Shown piece by piece: positions 12,637-24,832 of a stretch of 64,000 bases of DNA (position 1 is its first letter; each line of letters begins with the position of its first letter). The stretch comes from an uncultured Verrucomicrobiae bacterium. GTDB taxonomy: Bacteria; Verrucomicrobiota; Verrucomicrobiia; Chthoniobacterales; JAFAMB01. The position numbers and the translations under genes are program-made. The stretch spans positions 256,001 through 320,000 of the forward strand of contig CAWEXO010000011.1 in NCBI GenBank assembly GCA_963813025.1, written 5' to 3'. The notes below the pieces were generated by a model, which saw only the letters and a program-made list of their open reading frames with translations, did no database searches and had not been told where the DNA came from.

Positions 12637-13200
12637 TTATCCTCGCTCGACTTGCCAATATTCGAGTTCGACCGGTGTTGATCGGCCGAAAATGCTGACC
12701 GAGACCCGCAGTTTTCCGCGGTCGGGATCAATCTCCTCAACGACGCCGCTTTGGTTTTGGAAGGGCCCGTCGGCTACTTTCACGGTTTCGCCCACTTCAA
12801 AGCTGACCTTCGGTTTGACCTTGTCTTCTCTCTCGCGGATCTGCGCCAGCATGTTTTCGACCTCTTGCGGGCGCATGGGAACCGGTCTGTCCTTTGGTCC
12901 CGCGAAGCCAAGGACACCGGGCGTTTCGCGAATGAAATACCAGGTCCGGTCGACCAACTGGTTTTGCTTGTCGAGCAGATACATGTTGACGATCAGGTAT
13001 CCGGGAAAAAACTTTCGGGTCGTCTCGGTTTTCTTTCCCCGTTTAATTTCCGACACTCGCTCGGTCGGGATCAACACCTCGTAAACCAAGTCGCCCATTT
13101 CCTCGGTTTTAATTCGCCGGGAAATATTATCGAACACCTTCTGTTCCTGGCCGGAGAGAACGTGCACGACATACCATTGATTTTTGTCCGGCTCACTCAT
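12637..13200 (-). CDS. nusG: transcription termination/antitermination factor NusG
   Basis: WYVVHVLSGQE, FFPGY, KOW motif, VSIFGRSTPVEL. Confidence 0.98.
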   Translation of the reverse strand: MSEPDKNQWYVVHVLSGQEQKVFDNISRRIKTEEMGDLVYEVLIPTERVSEIKRGKKTETTRKFFPGYLIVNMYLLDKQNQLVDRTWYFIRETPGVLGFAGPKDRPVPMRPQEVENMLAQIREREDKVKPKVSFEVGETVKVADGPFQNQSGVVEEIDPDRGKLRVSVSIFGRSTPVELEYWQVERG

Positions 13201-13261
13201 ATTTAAACAACTTCAGTGCCAAATGCTGTCGACCAGATCGCTCTTTGCTCTCGGCAACCCA

Positions 13262-13474
13262 TCAAGGCACCAACATTTTCACCAAGTTTACCATTACAAA
13301 ATCCCAAAACGCGATGTAGCCGCTCAGCAGGAGCATCGCGATCACGACCACGGTCGTCGAATCGATCAGCTCCCGGTATTTTCGGACTCCCTTCTCTTTC
13401 GGGTCCCAAGGCCAGCTCGCCTTCCCGAGTTCGGTTCGTACTTCAGTTAAAAACTGTCTTGCCCGGCCTATCAT
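13262..13474 (-). CDS. secE: preprotein translocase subunit SecE
   Basis: FLTEVRTELGKASWP followed by one TM helix; located between tRNA-Trp and nusG. Confidence 0.93.
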   Translation of the reverse strand: MIGRARQFLTEVRTELGKASWPWDPKEKGVRKYRELIDSTTVVVIAMLLLSGYIAFWDFVMVNLVKMLVP

Positions 13475-13496
13475 CTGTTTTTTTGCCCGAATCGCG

Positions 13497-13569
13497 CAGG
13501 TCAGGAGGGACTCGAACCCCCAACCGGCGGTTTTGGAGACCGCTGCTCTACCAATTGAGCTACTGACCT
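13497..13569 (-). tRNA. tRNA-Trp (CCA)
   Basis: Cloverleaf; anticodon arm GCGGT-CTCCAAA-ACCGC; TTCGA T-loop; 3' CCA not encoded. Confidence 0.97.
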
Positions 13570-13661
13570 GTCAATTCCGCAAAAAGATTCACTTCTGCAA
13601 AAACAAAGCAGTCCGGCCGCAGCCGGACCACTCCTGTCAGCCTATCTCCGAATTTAAACCG

Positions 13662-14847
13662 TTAGTCAAGAATATCGGCGACTCGACCAGCGCCGACGGT
13701 TCGGCCACCCTCCCGGATAGCGAACCGGATGGTCTTCTCCATCGCGATCGGGGTGATCAACTCAACCTCGATCGAAACGTTGTCGCCCGGCATAACCATC
13801 TCCACGCCCTCCGGCAGCTTCACAGTGCCGGTGACATCCGTAGTGCGGAAATAAAACTGTGGACGGTAGTTCGTGAAGAACGGCGTATGCCGGCCGCCTT
13901 CTTCTTTACTCAGCACATAGACTTCCGCCTTGAATTTCTTGTGCGGAGTGATCGTGCCCGGCTTCGCGACGACCTGGCCGCGTTCCACGTCTTCTTTCTT
14001 CACGCCGCGCAACAGCACTCCGACGTTGTCGCCGGCGCGCGCTTCATCGAGCAGTTTCCGGAACATTTCGATGTCGGTGACGGTCGTCTTCGCAGTCGGG
14101 CGCATGCCGACGATTTCAACTTCCTCCATTTTCTTGAGGATACCCGCGCTCGACTCGACCGGTCGCGACCGTGCCGCGACCTTCAATGTTGAACACGTCT
14201 TCGATCGGCATCAGAAACGGCTGATCAATCGGACGCTCCGGCAGCGGGATATATTCATCGACCGCCGCCATGAGCTGGAAGATCGCTTCCTTGTATTTCG
14301 GATCGCCTTCAAGCGCCTTCAAGGCGCTGCCTTTGACGATCGGGATCGTGTCGCCAGGAAATTCGTACTGGGTGAGCAGATCCCGAACTTCCATCTCGAC
14401 GAGGTCGAGCAACTCAGGATCGTCCACCATGTCGCACTTATTCAAAAACACAACGATCGACGGCACGCCGACCTGACGCGCGAGCAGGATGTGCTCACGG
14501 GTCTGCGGCATCGGGCCGTCCGCGGCGGAAACCACCAGAATCGCGCCATCCATTTGCGCGGCGCCGGTGATCATGTTTTTCACATAGTCCGCGTGGCCGG
14601 GACAATCCACATGCGCGTAGTGGCGCTTGTCGGTTTGATATTCGACGTGCGCGGTGTTGATCGTGATGCCGCGCTCTTTTTCTTCGGGAGCATTATCGAT
14701 CTGATCGTAGCGCGTCGCCTGCGCCATGCCCTTCTCGGCCAGCACCGTCGTGATCGCGGCGGTCAAAGTGGTCTTGCCGTGATCGACGTGGCCGATAGTG
14801 CCGATGTTCACGTGCGGTTTGGATCTTTCGAATTTATCCTTCGCCAT
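13662..14847 (-). CDS. tuf: elongation factor Tu (one apparent frameshift near 14150)
   Basis: [24 protein letters not shown] and NKCD in ORF 14116-14847; C-terminal domains in ORF 13662-14186. Confidence 0.97.
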
Positions 14848-14909
14848 TTAAGGTCTCCTTCTTACTCTATCTGCTGTTTCAAATTGTCTGGTTGTTCAGG
14901 CCAAGGGCA

Positions 14910-14985
<76 letters not shown>

Positions 14986-15136
14986 AATGTTTTTACTCAG
15001 CCAGCCTCGCCGTTTCCTGACTAGACTGAACTCTCCGCATTGTCGTATCCGAGGATCAGAACGCCCCTGCAGTTCTAATCGAGTCCCAATCAGAAGCCAG
15101 GTCGACCGCCGCCCAAGGTCCGTCAAGCGAGCCGGA

Positions 15137-15164
15137 AACTTAACAAAGAGTGCCTGACCGTCAA
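15137..15164 (-). promoter_or_regulatory. putative sigma70 promoter for tRNA-Thr-tuf
   Basis: Minus strand TTGACG-16 nt-TAAGTT with extended TG. Confidence 0.5.
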
Positions 15165-15220
15165 AAGGATTCTAAAACGGTGGAAAGCGCCTCCATCCCC
15201 CGATCTGAGGTGCGGGCTCG

Positions 15221-16080
15221 CTAACGATTCCGGTCGGCCGAACCCGCGCGATCCAAAGACGCCCCGCCGCCCGCGTTTTCCAGTTCCGGTTCGGACGGCA
15301 TGTACAGTTCAGAGACTCGTCGGATCGACTGGGCGCGCCCAGTAGTCTCGTCAATCTCGGCGATGATCCCGTTCAGCTTCACGTCGCCCTTTGCCACGGG
15401 AAAATTCACCGGCATGCTCGTTAAGAAACGCTGGACGATCGGTTGAATCTCACGACCGAGCACCGAATGCGCCGGTCCACACATTCCCGCATCGCAGATA
15501 AAAGCCGTGCCGCCCGGGAAAATCTGCTCGTCGGCAGTTTGTACGTGGGTGTGCGTTCCCGCCACAACCGAGACCTTTCCGTCGAGAAAACGGCCGATCG
15601 CAATTTTCTCGCTGGTAGTTTCCGCATGGACGTCGACAAAGATTATCGGCGTCTCCTCACGCAGTTTTTCCACTTCCAGACGAACCCGGAGGAAAGGGTT
15701 TTCCAGAGCGGGCAACATGAAGGTACGGCCTTGGACGTTCAGGACCCCACTTTTCCTTTCGCGGTTTCGAGCACGATGGACGAATTGCCCGGAGTGCCAT
15801 CGGGATAGTTCACCGGACGCAGGAGCCGAGGTTCAGTATCAATAAACGAGACAATCTCTTTCTGATCCCAGATATGATCGCCGCTAGTAATGACCGCGAC
15901 GCCGGCGCGCAGCAGATCGATTACAATTTTTGGGGTGATCCCTCGACCGGCAGCGGCATTCTCCCCGTTCGCCACGATAAAATCGAGGTCCCATACCTCC
16001 TTCCAGCGAGGCGCCACATCAATTACCGCCTTCCGCCCAGGTTCACCGATGATATCACCAAGAAATAAAAGTCGAAGCAT
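15221..16080 (-). CDS. YmdB-like (TIGR00282 family) metallophosphoesterase, frameshift near 15745
   Basis: LFLGDIIG, NGENAAAG, SGDHIWD, VDVHAETTSEK, GTHTHVQTAD, DAGMCG split across two ORFs. Confidence 0.93.
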
Positions 16081-16151
16081 CAATGCCCCTGGAGTTATAT
16101 ACCCGCCGTCTACTTTAGCATGGTTGACCCCCAACGACGGAAGATATTGTT

Positions 16152-17456
16152 TTGCTTCCGAAAAACAAACTCCACTCTCTTTGTCGACCAGTGAAGTCCT
16201 GCCCGCATTCGGCTGCGCATCTACCCGGAGGTATCGTCCTTCTCCTTTGGCCAATCCTGGTATGGTCCAGCCAGCTCAGCCCCCTCGCCGTGAAGCCTGA
16301 TTGGAATCGCTTAAACGAATTTCAACAAACTGTCGCACACGACGATTTTTTGGGCTTGCTGCGAAATGTCTACGCGCCAAACGGAGCGGCCGATTCCTGG
16401 TTCCGGATCGAACCCGATCGCGCGATCATTCAAACGGGGGAAGGTGCGGATTTTGTTCTTCAGTTCGCGCCGCAACGAGCTGATTGCCGGTCAATCACGC
16501 GTTACTGGGCGTTTCCGCACAAAAGACCGGGCGGAGCCAGAAGACCGTTGCGCGGACTGACGATCGCGATCGATCCCGGGCATCTGGGCGGAGAATGGGC
16601 GAAAATGGAGGAGCGCTGGTTCCAGTTGGACAGCCTCCCACCCGTAATGGAAGGAAATCTCACTCTGCGGGTTGCCCAGATCCTCGCACCCCGGCTTCAG
16701 ACGCTCGGTGCGGATGTTCGACTGGTCCGCAGCAAACTTGAACCCCTCACGAATCTTCGCCCGGAACAACTGGCCGGAGCCGCGATGGATGAACGAAAAG
16801 ATCTCGCGCCGTTTCTTGGGTCAATCCAAGAGGGCGACGCCGTCCTGGCCGCTAAGACCATCATCAGCAAAGACGCGGAGCGATTGTTCTACCGGGTCGC
16901 CGAGATTCGCGAGCGGGCGCACCGGGTCAACGATCAGATCCGGCCGGACCTGGTTCTTTGTTTGCACTTTAACGCGGAGCCTTGGGGCAATCCTCAGGAA
17001 CCGACTCTGGTGGAGGCAAATCATCTTCATCTCATCGTCAACGGCGCTTACCAGGCGGCGGAACTGCGCAATGACGACGTGCGGTTCGCGATGCTTATAA
17101 AACTGTTGAACGGTTCGCACGACGTGGAACTCGCCGTCTCGGAATCAATCGCCGCTGCCTTGAAAAACGCGACAGGGTTGCCGCCCTTTCGCTATTCCGG
17201 ACCCAACGCGGTCGCCGCGGATTCGAGCGGCTACATCTGGGCACGAAACCTCCTCGCCAACCGGCTGTACGAGTGCCCGGTGATTTATATCGAGTGCTAT
17301 GTGATGAATAGCCGCAGTTTTTTTGAACGATTCCTGGCCGGCGAATATTCCGGGGTACGGGAGTTCCAGGGCGTCCTCCGACCGAACATTTTTGAGGAAT
17401 ACGCGAATGGTATCGCGGAAGGATTGGTGAAATACGTTCAACAGAAGAGTCCTTGA
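16152..17456 (+). CDS. N-acetylmuramoyl-L-alanine amidase (Amidase_3-like) family protein
   Basis: IAIDPGH, EGNLTL, LCLHFNA and IYIE zinc-ligand motifs; hydrophobic N-terminal segment; start uncertain. Confidence 0.75.
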   Translation: MLPKNKLHSLCRPVKSCPHSAAHLPGGIVLLLWPILVWSSQLSPLAVKPDWNRLNEFQQTVAHDDFLGLLRNVYAPNGAADSWFRIEPDRAIIQTGEGADFVLQFAPQRADCRSITRYWAFPHKRPGGARRPLRGLTIAIDPGHLGGEWAKMEERWFQLDSLPPVMEGNLTLRVAQILAPRLQTLGADVRLVRSKLEPLTNLRPEQLAGAAMDERKDLAPFLGSIQEGDAVLAAKTIISKDAERLFYRVAEIRERAHRVNDQIRPDLVLCLHFNAEPWGNPQEPTLVEANHLHLIVNGAYQAAELRNDDVRFAMLIKLLNGSHDVELAVSESIAAALKNATGLPPFRYSGPNAVAADSSGYIWARNLLANRLYECPVIYIECYVMNSRSFFERFLAGEYSGVREFQGVLRPNIFEEYANGIAEGLVKYVQQKSP

Positions 17457-17544
17457 AATTCGCTAGATTACTTATTCGCTAATACTTATGAGGTACTCGT
17501 TGCTTTCCTCTGACCGTCGATGTAACCTCGCCACTCCCAATAAA

Positions 17545-17619
17545 CGGGCTGTGGCTCAGCTTGGCTAGAGCGCCACGTTCGGGACGTGGAGGCCGTGGGT
17601 TCGAATCCCACCAGCCCGA
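17545..17619 (+). tRNA. tRNA-Pro (CGG)
   Basis: Cloverleaf; anticodon arm CCACG-TTCGGGA-CGTGG; TTCGAAT T-loop. Confidence 0.97.
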
Positions 17620-17650
17620 TTCTGATTTCGTCGGTTAATTGCGTAGCGCT

Positions 17651-17803
17651 TCAGTCTATTTCGACGCGGATATCCGTAAATCCTTTAAAATCGGCGTCGA
17701 ACGTCGCAATCGGGATGTCCTCCGCTGCGGCGCTCGCTGCAACTGTGCAATCCACGAAATGAATCGTCGTCTGTCCTTTGCTTGTCACAGTTGAACGGCG
17801 CAT
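17651..17803 (-). pseudogene. collapsed AbrB-antitoxin/PIN-toxin module forming a 50-aa in-frame chimera
   Basis: Manual translation MRRSTVTSKGQTTI|HFVDCTVAASAAAEDIPIATFDADFKGFTDIRVEID*: AbrB/MazE N-terminus (VTSKGQTTI) joined to a PIN C-terminus (FVDC...ATFD.DF). Confidence 0.8.
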
Positions 17804-17919
17804 TGCAATTCCTTACCTTTTTTATTTGCCTTACTTTCATTCGCCGGCCAGCTATTTTCTTTGTGTGAGATCGGGCTCCGGGAAGTCTCGGACGACCTGG
17901 CCCGTCCCGTGTTCCGCAA

Positions 17920-18354
17920 TCAGGATCCCGGTTCCCAGCCCTCCGGTGCGAGCTCGAATCCGGAAAATTCAAATCCGGGTGCAACGGTGCACCCGACGAG
18001 GCTCCACGCACCAAGCGGCTCGGCGCTTTGCCATTCACCGGCGATGACCACAGCCTGAGGACGTTCACCCGTTCGGAGGTTTGTCCCAAGGCGAACACTT
18101 TGGATCGCACCGCCGTGTCGCCAGGTCTGGAGACGGAGAGCGGTCCCAGCATACCAATGCCAGACCTCTGCCGCATCGACGCGGTGCCAGCGAGAGCGTT
18201 GCCCCATCTCTAACAAAAAGTAAATCGCGGTCGAGGCGGCCCGACCCTGAACCACCTTCTCGTCCCGGAACATCTCCCGATAACAACCGCCTTCCGGATG
18301 CGGTTCGAGCTCAAGAAGCCGGATAACGTCCTCTGCTGTCATGTTCACCGCCAT
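17920..18354 (-). CDS. cupin superfamily protein (DUF985/Cupin_5)
   Basis: LEPHPEGG, STAIYFLL, WHRVDAAEVWHWYAG, GCTVAPGFEF; start uncertain. Confidence 0.92.
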   Translation of the reverse strand: MAVNMTAEDVIRLLELEPHPEGGCYREMFRDEKVVQGRAASTAIYFLLEMGQRSRWHRVDAAEVWHWYAGTALRLQTWRHGGAIQSVRLGTNLRTGERPQAVVIAGEWQSAEPLGAWSLVGCTVAPGFEFSGFELAPEGWEPGS

Positions 18355-18416
18355 TCCAACGTTTTTTCTCCCGCCCACTAGAATCACACGGGCTCTCGTA
18401 TTAGCTTGCCAATCTT

Positions 18417-21400
18417 ATGGCCAAAGCGGTCTTTCCGACGCAAGCAGCGATCGTCGTTCGCGGCGCGCGCCAGAACAATCTTAAAGGCATCGACTTGGAC
18501 TTGGCGCTGAATAGTCCACGTGGTCACAGGCCCGAGCGGCAGTGGAAAATCGAGTCTGGCCTTCGACACGATCTACGCCGAAGGGCAGCGCCGCTATGTC
18601 GAGACTTTCAGCCCTTACACCCGGCAGTTTCTCGATCGCATGGACAAACCGCTGGTGGACGAAGTAACGGGCATTCCGCCCGGCAATAGCGATTGGGCAA
18701 GCGAACCGGGTTCGCACGACCCGCTCAACGGTCGGCACGATGACGGACATCAATGATTATTTCAAGCTCTTCATGGCGAGAGTGGCGCGAGGCGTTTTGT
18801 CCCAGTTGTCAGCGCGAGATTACGCCCGAGACGCCCGACAGCGTCGTCACCGCAGCTTTTGCGCGATTGTCCCGGGTAATCCGTGCTCTGATCACCTTTG
18901 GCGTCCCCGTGCCTCCGGGAACCAAGCCGCGAGACTTTTTCCAATTCATTGGGCAGCAGGGATTTTTGCGCGTTTGGCTCAATCGAGAAACGTCAGGACC
19001 GACTCGCGACACGATGTCAAGCGGCTTCCCGGCAATCGTGCCGGTGATTCAGGATCGATTACAGATTTCGGCGGAAACCGTCCTCGCCTGATTGAAGCGA
19101 TCGAACAAGCGCTTCGCTTCGGCAAGGGGCGGGTCATGATCGTCAGCCTCGAACCAATGCACGAACATCGCTTTTCCAAGGGCTGGCATTGTCCATACTG
19201 CGATCTCGACATCCGCCCACCCTCTCCCGGCCTTTTCTCTTTCAACAATCCGGTAGGCGCATGTCCGGCTTGCCGAGGGTTTGGCCGGACCATTGGCATC
19301 GATTTGGATCGGGCGATTCCCGACCGCCAACTGAGCATCGCCGACGGCGCGATTAAGCCGTTCCAATTCGCCCAAATGCATGAATGCCAGCGCGATTTGA
19401 TCAAGCGCGCGCTGGAACGAGAGATCGACATCCATCTCCCATTCCAGGAACTTACCGGAAGCCGATCAGAGATGGGTGATCGAAGGTGAAACCCGACCCG
19501 AAGCCAGCGCAGAGGAAATCTGGGAAAGCGGTGGTTGGTATGGTGTCCGCGGGTTTTTCGAGTGGATGGAGTCCCGCACTTATAAGATGCATGTGCGCGT
19601 CTTTCTCAGCCGCTATCGCGCTTACACTCTCTGCCCGGACTGTCGCGGAACGCGATTGAAACCCCAGACCTTGAATTTCCGTGTCTGCAGTCGGCGAGCA
19701 CTCTTTCAGTCTGCCGCAGCTGCAGCAAATGCCGATTGACGAACTGGTGGAGAGAGCGGCCTGATCAGCCTGCCAGGCAGCGACTCCGCGACGGAGGTAA
19801 TTCGATCCCAAATCATTGCGCGACTCCGTTATCTGGTTGAGGTTGGGCTAGGCTACTTGACGCTCGATCGTTCGACCCGCTCGCTTTCCGGTGGCGAAAT
19901 TCAGCGGGTCAATCTGACCACCTGCCTCGGGGCGTGGCTGGTCAATACTCTCTTTGTCCTGGATGAACCCAGCGTTGGACTGCACCCGCGAGACGTCGAA
20001 AGATTAGTCGGCGTGCTTCATGGATTGCGGGACAAGGGCAACACGCTTCTAGTCGTCGAACACGATGAAACGGTGATGCGCGCCGCCGATAACTCTGCTC
20101 GAGCTCGGGCCGGGCCGGGGCGAGGCGGAGGGCATCTGGTTTTCGCCGGGCCGCTGTCAGATCGGTGCGAATGTGCCCGAGTCGCTCACCGCGAGTTACC
20201 TGACCGGCCGCAAGGAAATCCCAATCCCAAGCCGACGCCGACAACCTCGACGGTACCTGCGGGTAAAAAAGGCGCGGGAGCACAATCTCAAGGACATCGA
20301 TGTCGCGATCCCGTTAATGCTTTTGTCTGCGTAACCGGCGTCTCCGGCTCAGGGAAAAGCACGCTCATCCAGGATGTGTTATATGAGAATTTGCTGCGAC
20401 TAAAGGGCCTTGGCTCTGAACAAGCGCCGGCGCGTGCAGCGGAATCACCGGTGCGCACCTGGTCGAACAAGATCTTCTGGTGGACCAGTCGCCGCTGGCG
20501 CGCTCGCCTCGCTCGACTCCGGCAGTGTATCTCGGGGTTTTTGATAAGATCCGCGAACTCTTCGCCGCGGTGCCGGAAGCGTTGCTGCGGGTCTGAGCTC
20601 CGCGGCCTTTTCTTTTAACTCTGGCCCGGGCCGTTGCGAGCGCTGCGCGGGACTCGGCTTTGAGAAGGTCGAGATGCAATTTCTCAGCGACCAGTATGTT
20701 CGTTGCGCCGAATGTCAGGGCAGACGGTATCAACCGCATATTCTCAAGATCCGGCTATAGCGGAAAATCCATTGACGAGGTCCTGGATTTGACGGTGACG
20801 GAAGCGATCGAGTTCTTCCAGGCAATAAAGAAAAACTCCCCTTGCCGACCCCCTGGACCTCTTGCGGCGAGTTGGTCTCGGTTATCTTCGGCTCGGACAG
20901 CCGGTCAACGTCCTCTCCGGCGGCGAATCGCAGCGTCTGAAACTGGTTGGCCATTTAGCCGAGGGCAACAAAGGGAAACGGCGGCAACCTGCTGATCTTT
21001 GACGAACCGACGACCGGGCTGCACTTCGATGATATCGCTGCGCTTTTGCGATGTTTCAACGAGCTCGTCGACAGCCGGTAATTCCGTATTGGTGGTCGAG
21101 CACAATCTCGAAGTTATCCAGTCAGCCGATTACCTCATCGACCTCGGGCCGGAGGCCGGCGAAGGCGGCGGACAGATTGTCGCGACCGGCACTCCGGAGG
21201 AGGTCGCGAAAAACCAACATTCACGAATCGCGATATTCCTGAAGCGAGCGGCTTGCCGGCGTCATCGCGCGGACTATACTGAATCTCGCGAGAGAATCGC
21301 CGAGTTTCCGAAGGTTCGACCCAGCGATCGCGGTCCACGGCGCGCGCCAGCACAACCTGAAAAATTTAAGCGTCCGATGCCGCGCGAGAAGATGGACGGT

Positions 21401-24002
21401 GATCACCGGCTTGAGCGGCTCGGGAAAGTCGAGCCTCGCCTTCGATATCCTTTTTGCCGAAGGCCAGCGCCGTTTTCTCGACAGCATGTCGACCTATGCG
21501 CGGCAATTTGTCGAACAGCTGGAACGCCCGGATGTCGATCACATCGAAGGCTTGCCGCCGAGCGTCGCGATCGAGCAGCGAGTTACCCGCGGTGGAGGAA
21601 AATCCACCGTCGCGACAGTCACGGAAGTATACCATTTTCTCCGGCTGCTCTTTGCCAAACTGGGGCGCAATTTTGCCCCAAGTGCCGCGATCGCGGTCGA
21701 GAAGCAGAGTCTGGCCGCTATGCAGTCGATTGTGCTCGAACGGCTGCGCGCCAGCTCGGCTCTCCTGGCTGCCCCAGTGGTGAAGGCGCGCAAAGGGTTT
21801 CACCGGGAAATTGCCGAGGCCGCGGAGCGGGACGGCTATAAAAGCCTGATCGTTGATGGAGTGCGGTACTCGACAGATCAGTTCCCCGACCTGGAACGCT
21901 ATCGGGAACACTCGATCGAGGTCGTCGTCGCTGAGCTGGAACGGGGCGGCCCACCTGATTTGCCAGCTCTTCTGAAAACCGCTTTGCGGGTCGGTGGCGG
22001 ATCCGCGTTTTTGCTTCTGCTCAGGAGAGCGGGGCAACGCGGCAATGGCCGAAGCGCGAAAGCGCAGCCTGGCTTTGAGAAGGTTGTGCTCAGTAACGAG
22101 ATGAGCTGTCCGTCGTGCGGAACGGCGTTTGAAGAACTCGATCCGCGGCTCTTCTCGTTTAACTCGCCCCATGGCTGGTGCCTGACCTGCGAAGGATTCG
22201 GTTACTTGTTGCCTTTTTCAGCGGAGCGCGAGAGTACCCAATCCGTTCTCGAAGCGGAACTCGCGGTCGAACGGCGGAGCGACTGGATCGAAGAGGCAAC
22301 GCTGGAACAATGCCCAGACTGCGCGGGAACCCGGCTGAATCCCATCAGTCGCGCGGTTCGCTTGAAAGGCCTGCAGATCGAGCAGATCGCCGCGAGTTCG
22401 ATCCAGCAAGCCGATGTTCTTTTGCGCAGTTTGGATTTTTCATCGGCTGAACGGAATATCACAGCGCCGATTCTGCCCGAGATTCAGCAGCGGCTCTCTT
22501 TTCTGAAACAGGTCGGGCTGGATTACCTGGCGCTGAATCGCTCGGCGAAAACGCTGAGCGGAGGGGAAGCTCAACGGATCCGGCTAGCCGCTCAGCTTGG
22601 ATCGAACCTTCGAGGCGTTTTGTATGTTCTGGATGAACCAACAATTGGGCTTCATCCTCGCGACAACGAACGTCTTCTCGGGACATTGACCGCCCTGAAG
22701 GACAAAGGAAACACCGTAGTCATCGTTGAGCACGACGAGGCGACGATGCGAAGAGCCGATGTCGTAGTCGATCTTGGTCCCGGAGCCGGTCGAGAGGGCG
22801 GCCGCCTGGTGGGGCTGGGCACGCTGAGCGACATTCAGAAAAACCCTGACTCCGTCACCGGCAAATTTCTGGACTCACCTCCGCGGCATCCGTTGGGCGG
22901 AACCCGCCGAAGTCTCAATGACGTCCGCTGGATAAGATTGGACGGTGCGCGCGCCCACAATCTGAAGAATGTCAATGTGCAGCTTCCCGTAGGGCGCCTG
23001 ACAGTCATTACCGGAATTTCCGGCTCCGGAAAGAGTACCCTCATGCGCTCCGCTCTCCTGCCAGCCGTCCAGCAAGGACTGCGTTCAAGGCGTTCTTTGC
23101 CGGACGGGCGCGCGTGGACCGCGATCAGCGGCCTGGAAGCGATCGAAAACGTGTACGAGGTCGATCAATCACCCATCGGTAAAACGTCTCGCTCGATCCC
23201 TGCAACTTATGTCAAAGTCTTTGACCAGATTCGCGCCCTATTTGCCCAGCTGCCGGAGTCGAGAATCCGCGGTTATTCGGCCGCTCGATTTTCTTTCAAT
23301 AGCGAGGGAGGACGCTGCGAGATTTGCGCCGGGCAAGGTGTCATCAAAATGGAGATGAATTTTCTGCCGACCAGCTATTTGCCGTGCGAGACTTGCGGCG
23401 GCAAGCGTTTCAACACACAGACGCTGAGCGTGGAGTACAACGGCAAAAGCATCGGTGATGTCCTCGAAATGACCGTCGCGGAAGCGGCCGAATTTTTCCG
23501 ATCGCAACCTCGTATTTATCGAGCCTTGGACCTTCTGCGACAGACCGGCCTCGGCTACCTGCAACTCGGTCAGCCGAGTCCGACCTTGTCAGGCGGCGAA
23601 GCTCAGCGGCTCAAACTCGTCAATGAGTTGCGCGGAGGAGTCGGCAGAGCGATCGAAGAAAGAATCCGCAGGAACCGGACGCCAAGATCGAATCTCTATC
23701 TCCTGGAAGAACCGACCATCGGATTGCATATGGCGGATGTCCAGCTGCTCATCGAGGTACTGCAGCGTCTGGTGACTGAAGCAAACACCGTGGTGGTGAT
23801 TGAACACAACCCCGAGATCATGGCGGAAGCAGATTACATTATCGATCTCGGGCCGGAAGCCGGGCAAGCCGGAGGGGAGATCGTGGCTGCCGGTCCACCG
23901 GAATTCATCGCCGAACACCCGGTCAGCCGGACCGCTCCGTTCTTGAAAAAGATTCTCGACCGCGGCCGTCCTCTGGCCGAGCCGGCCTTGGCGCTCGAAT
24001 AA
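18417..24002 (+). CDS. uvrA: double-length excinuclease ABC subunit A (two UvrA units), multiple apparent frameshifts in the 5' half
   Basis: Four Walker A motifs ([36 protein letters not shown]), LSGGE signatures, zinc fingers and two FSFN.P.G.C motifs across consecutive ORF fragments. Confidence 0.93.
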
Positions 24003-24122
24003 GCGTGTCGGCGGAGCTGTCGACGTTATCGCATGCTGACACGCAGACGCCGATACGCAAGACGCTAACTTCCACTTGACCCTCAGCGGAAGCTGAGTCA
24101 GTCAACCGTGAGTTGATTTACC

Positions 24123-24827
24123 ATGCGATTGTCCCGTAAAATCCATAAGTTGACCACCGGAGAAGCCTGGAACAGCGCGCTCGACTCCTACTATCGTTTC
24201 GCCCGGTCTCTCACCGTCCCGCAGCTTTTGCGCAATCTTCCGAGCGGCGATTTCGAACAGCTCCGAATCAAGTACGGCGTTGCCGGCAAAACCAAGGCCT
24301 GGCAGAAGTACGTCGATCAGAAACGGTGGTTGAGCTTAGCGATCGAGCAGGCCCAAGAGCTTCACCTGGACCGCCGAAAACCCTGCCGGATCCTTGATCT
24401 GGGCAGCGGCGCCGGCTACTTCTTGTTTGTCTGCAAGCACCTTGGTCACACCGGCCTGGGTCTGGATTTAGATTGGCCGCCCTTATACTACGAGACATTC
24501 CGCTTGCTCGGGCTTAAACGAGTGATCTGGCGGATAGAACCATTTCAGCCCCTGCCGGAGCTGGACGGCCGGTTCGATCTGGTGACCGCTTTCGCGATTT
24601 GCTTCAATGCCCACGAGACGGATCAGGTCTGGGGCCCAGAAGAGTGGGGATTTTTTCTGGACGATCTTCAGAAAAATGTTCTCAGCCCGGGGGGAGAAAT
24701 CTTTCTAAGTCTGAACCCAGAGTCTTACGGGCATTACACCCCGGAACTGAAACAGTTCTTTTTGGAACAAGGAGCAAAGATAGATCGGCAAAAGGTCTTT
24801 ATCCGGAACGAAGCGGCCGAGCCGTAG
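24123..24827 (+). CDS. class I SAM-dependent methyltransferase
   Basis: ILDLGSGAG motif I; FDLVTAF. Confidence 0.8.
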   Translation: MRLSRKIHKLTTGEAWNSALDSYYRFARSLTVPQLLRNLPSGDFEQLRIKYGVAGKTKAWQKYVDQKRWLSLAIEQAQELHLDRRKPCRILDLGSGAGYFLFVCKHLGHTGLGLDLDWPPLYYETFRLLGLKRVIWRIEPFQPLPELDGRFDLVTAFAICFNAHETDQVWGPEEWGFFLDDLQKNVLSPGGEIFLSLNPESYGHYTPELKQFFLEQGAKIDRQKVFIRNEAAEP

Positions 24828-24832
24828 CCAAA

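Noticed and set aside
13662..14847. Programmed frameshift or split EF-Tu
   Set aside because: No slippery site is evident, and many similar indels occur in essential genes, so a sequencing error is more likely.
24003..24058. GCGTGTCGGCG / CGCCGATACGC hairpin as a further tandem-repeat family
   Set aside because: Periodicity is weak; it is equally explained as an ordinary stem after uvrA.
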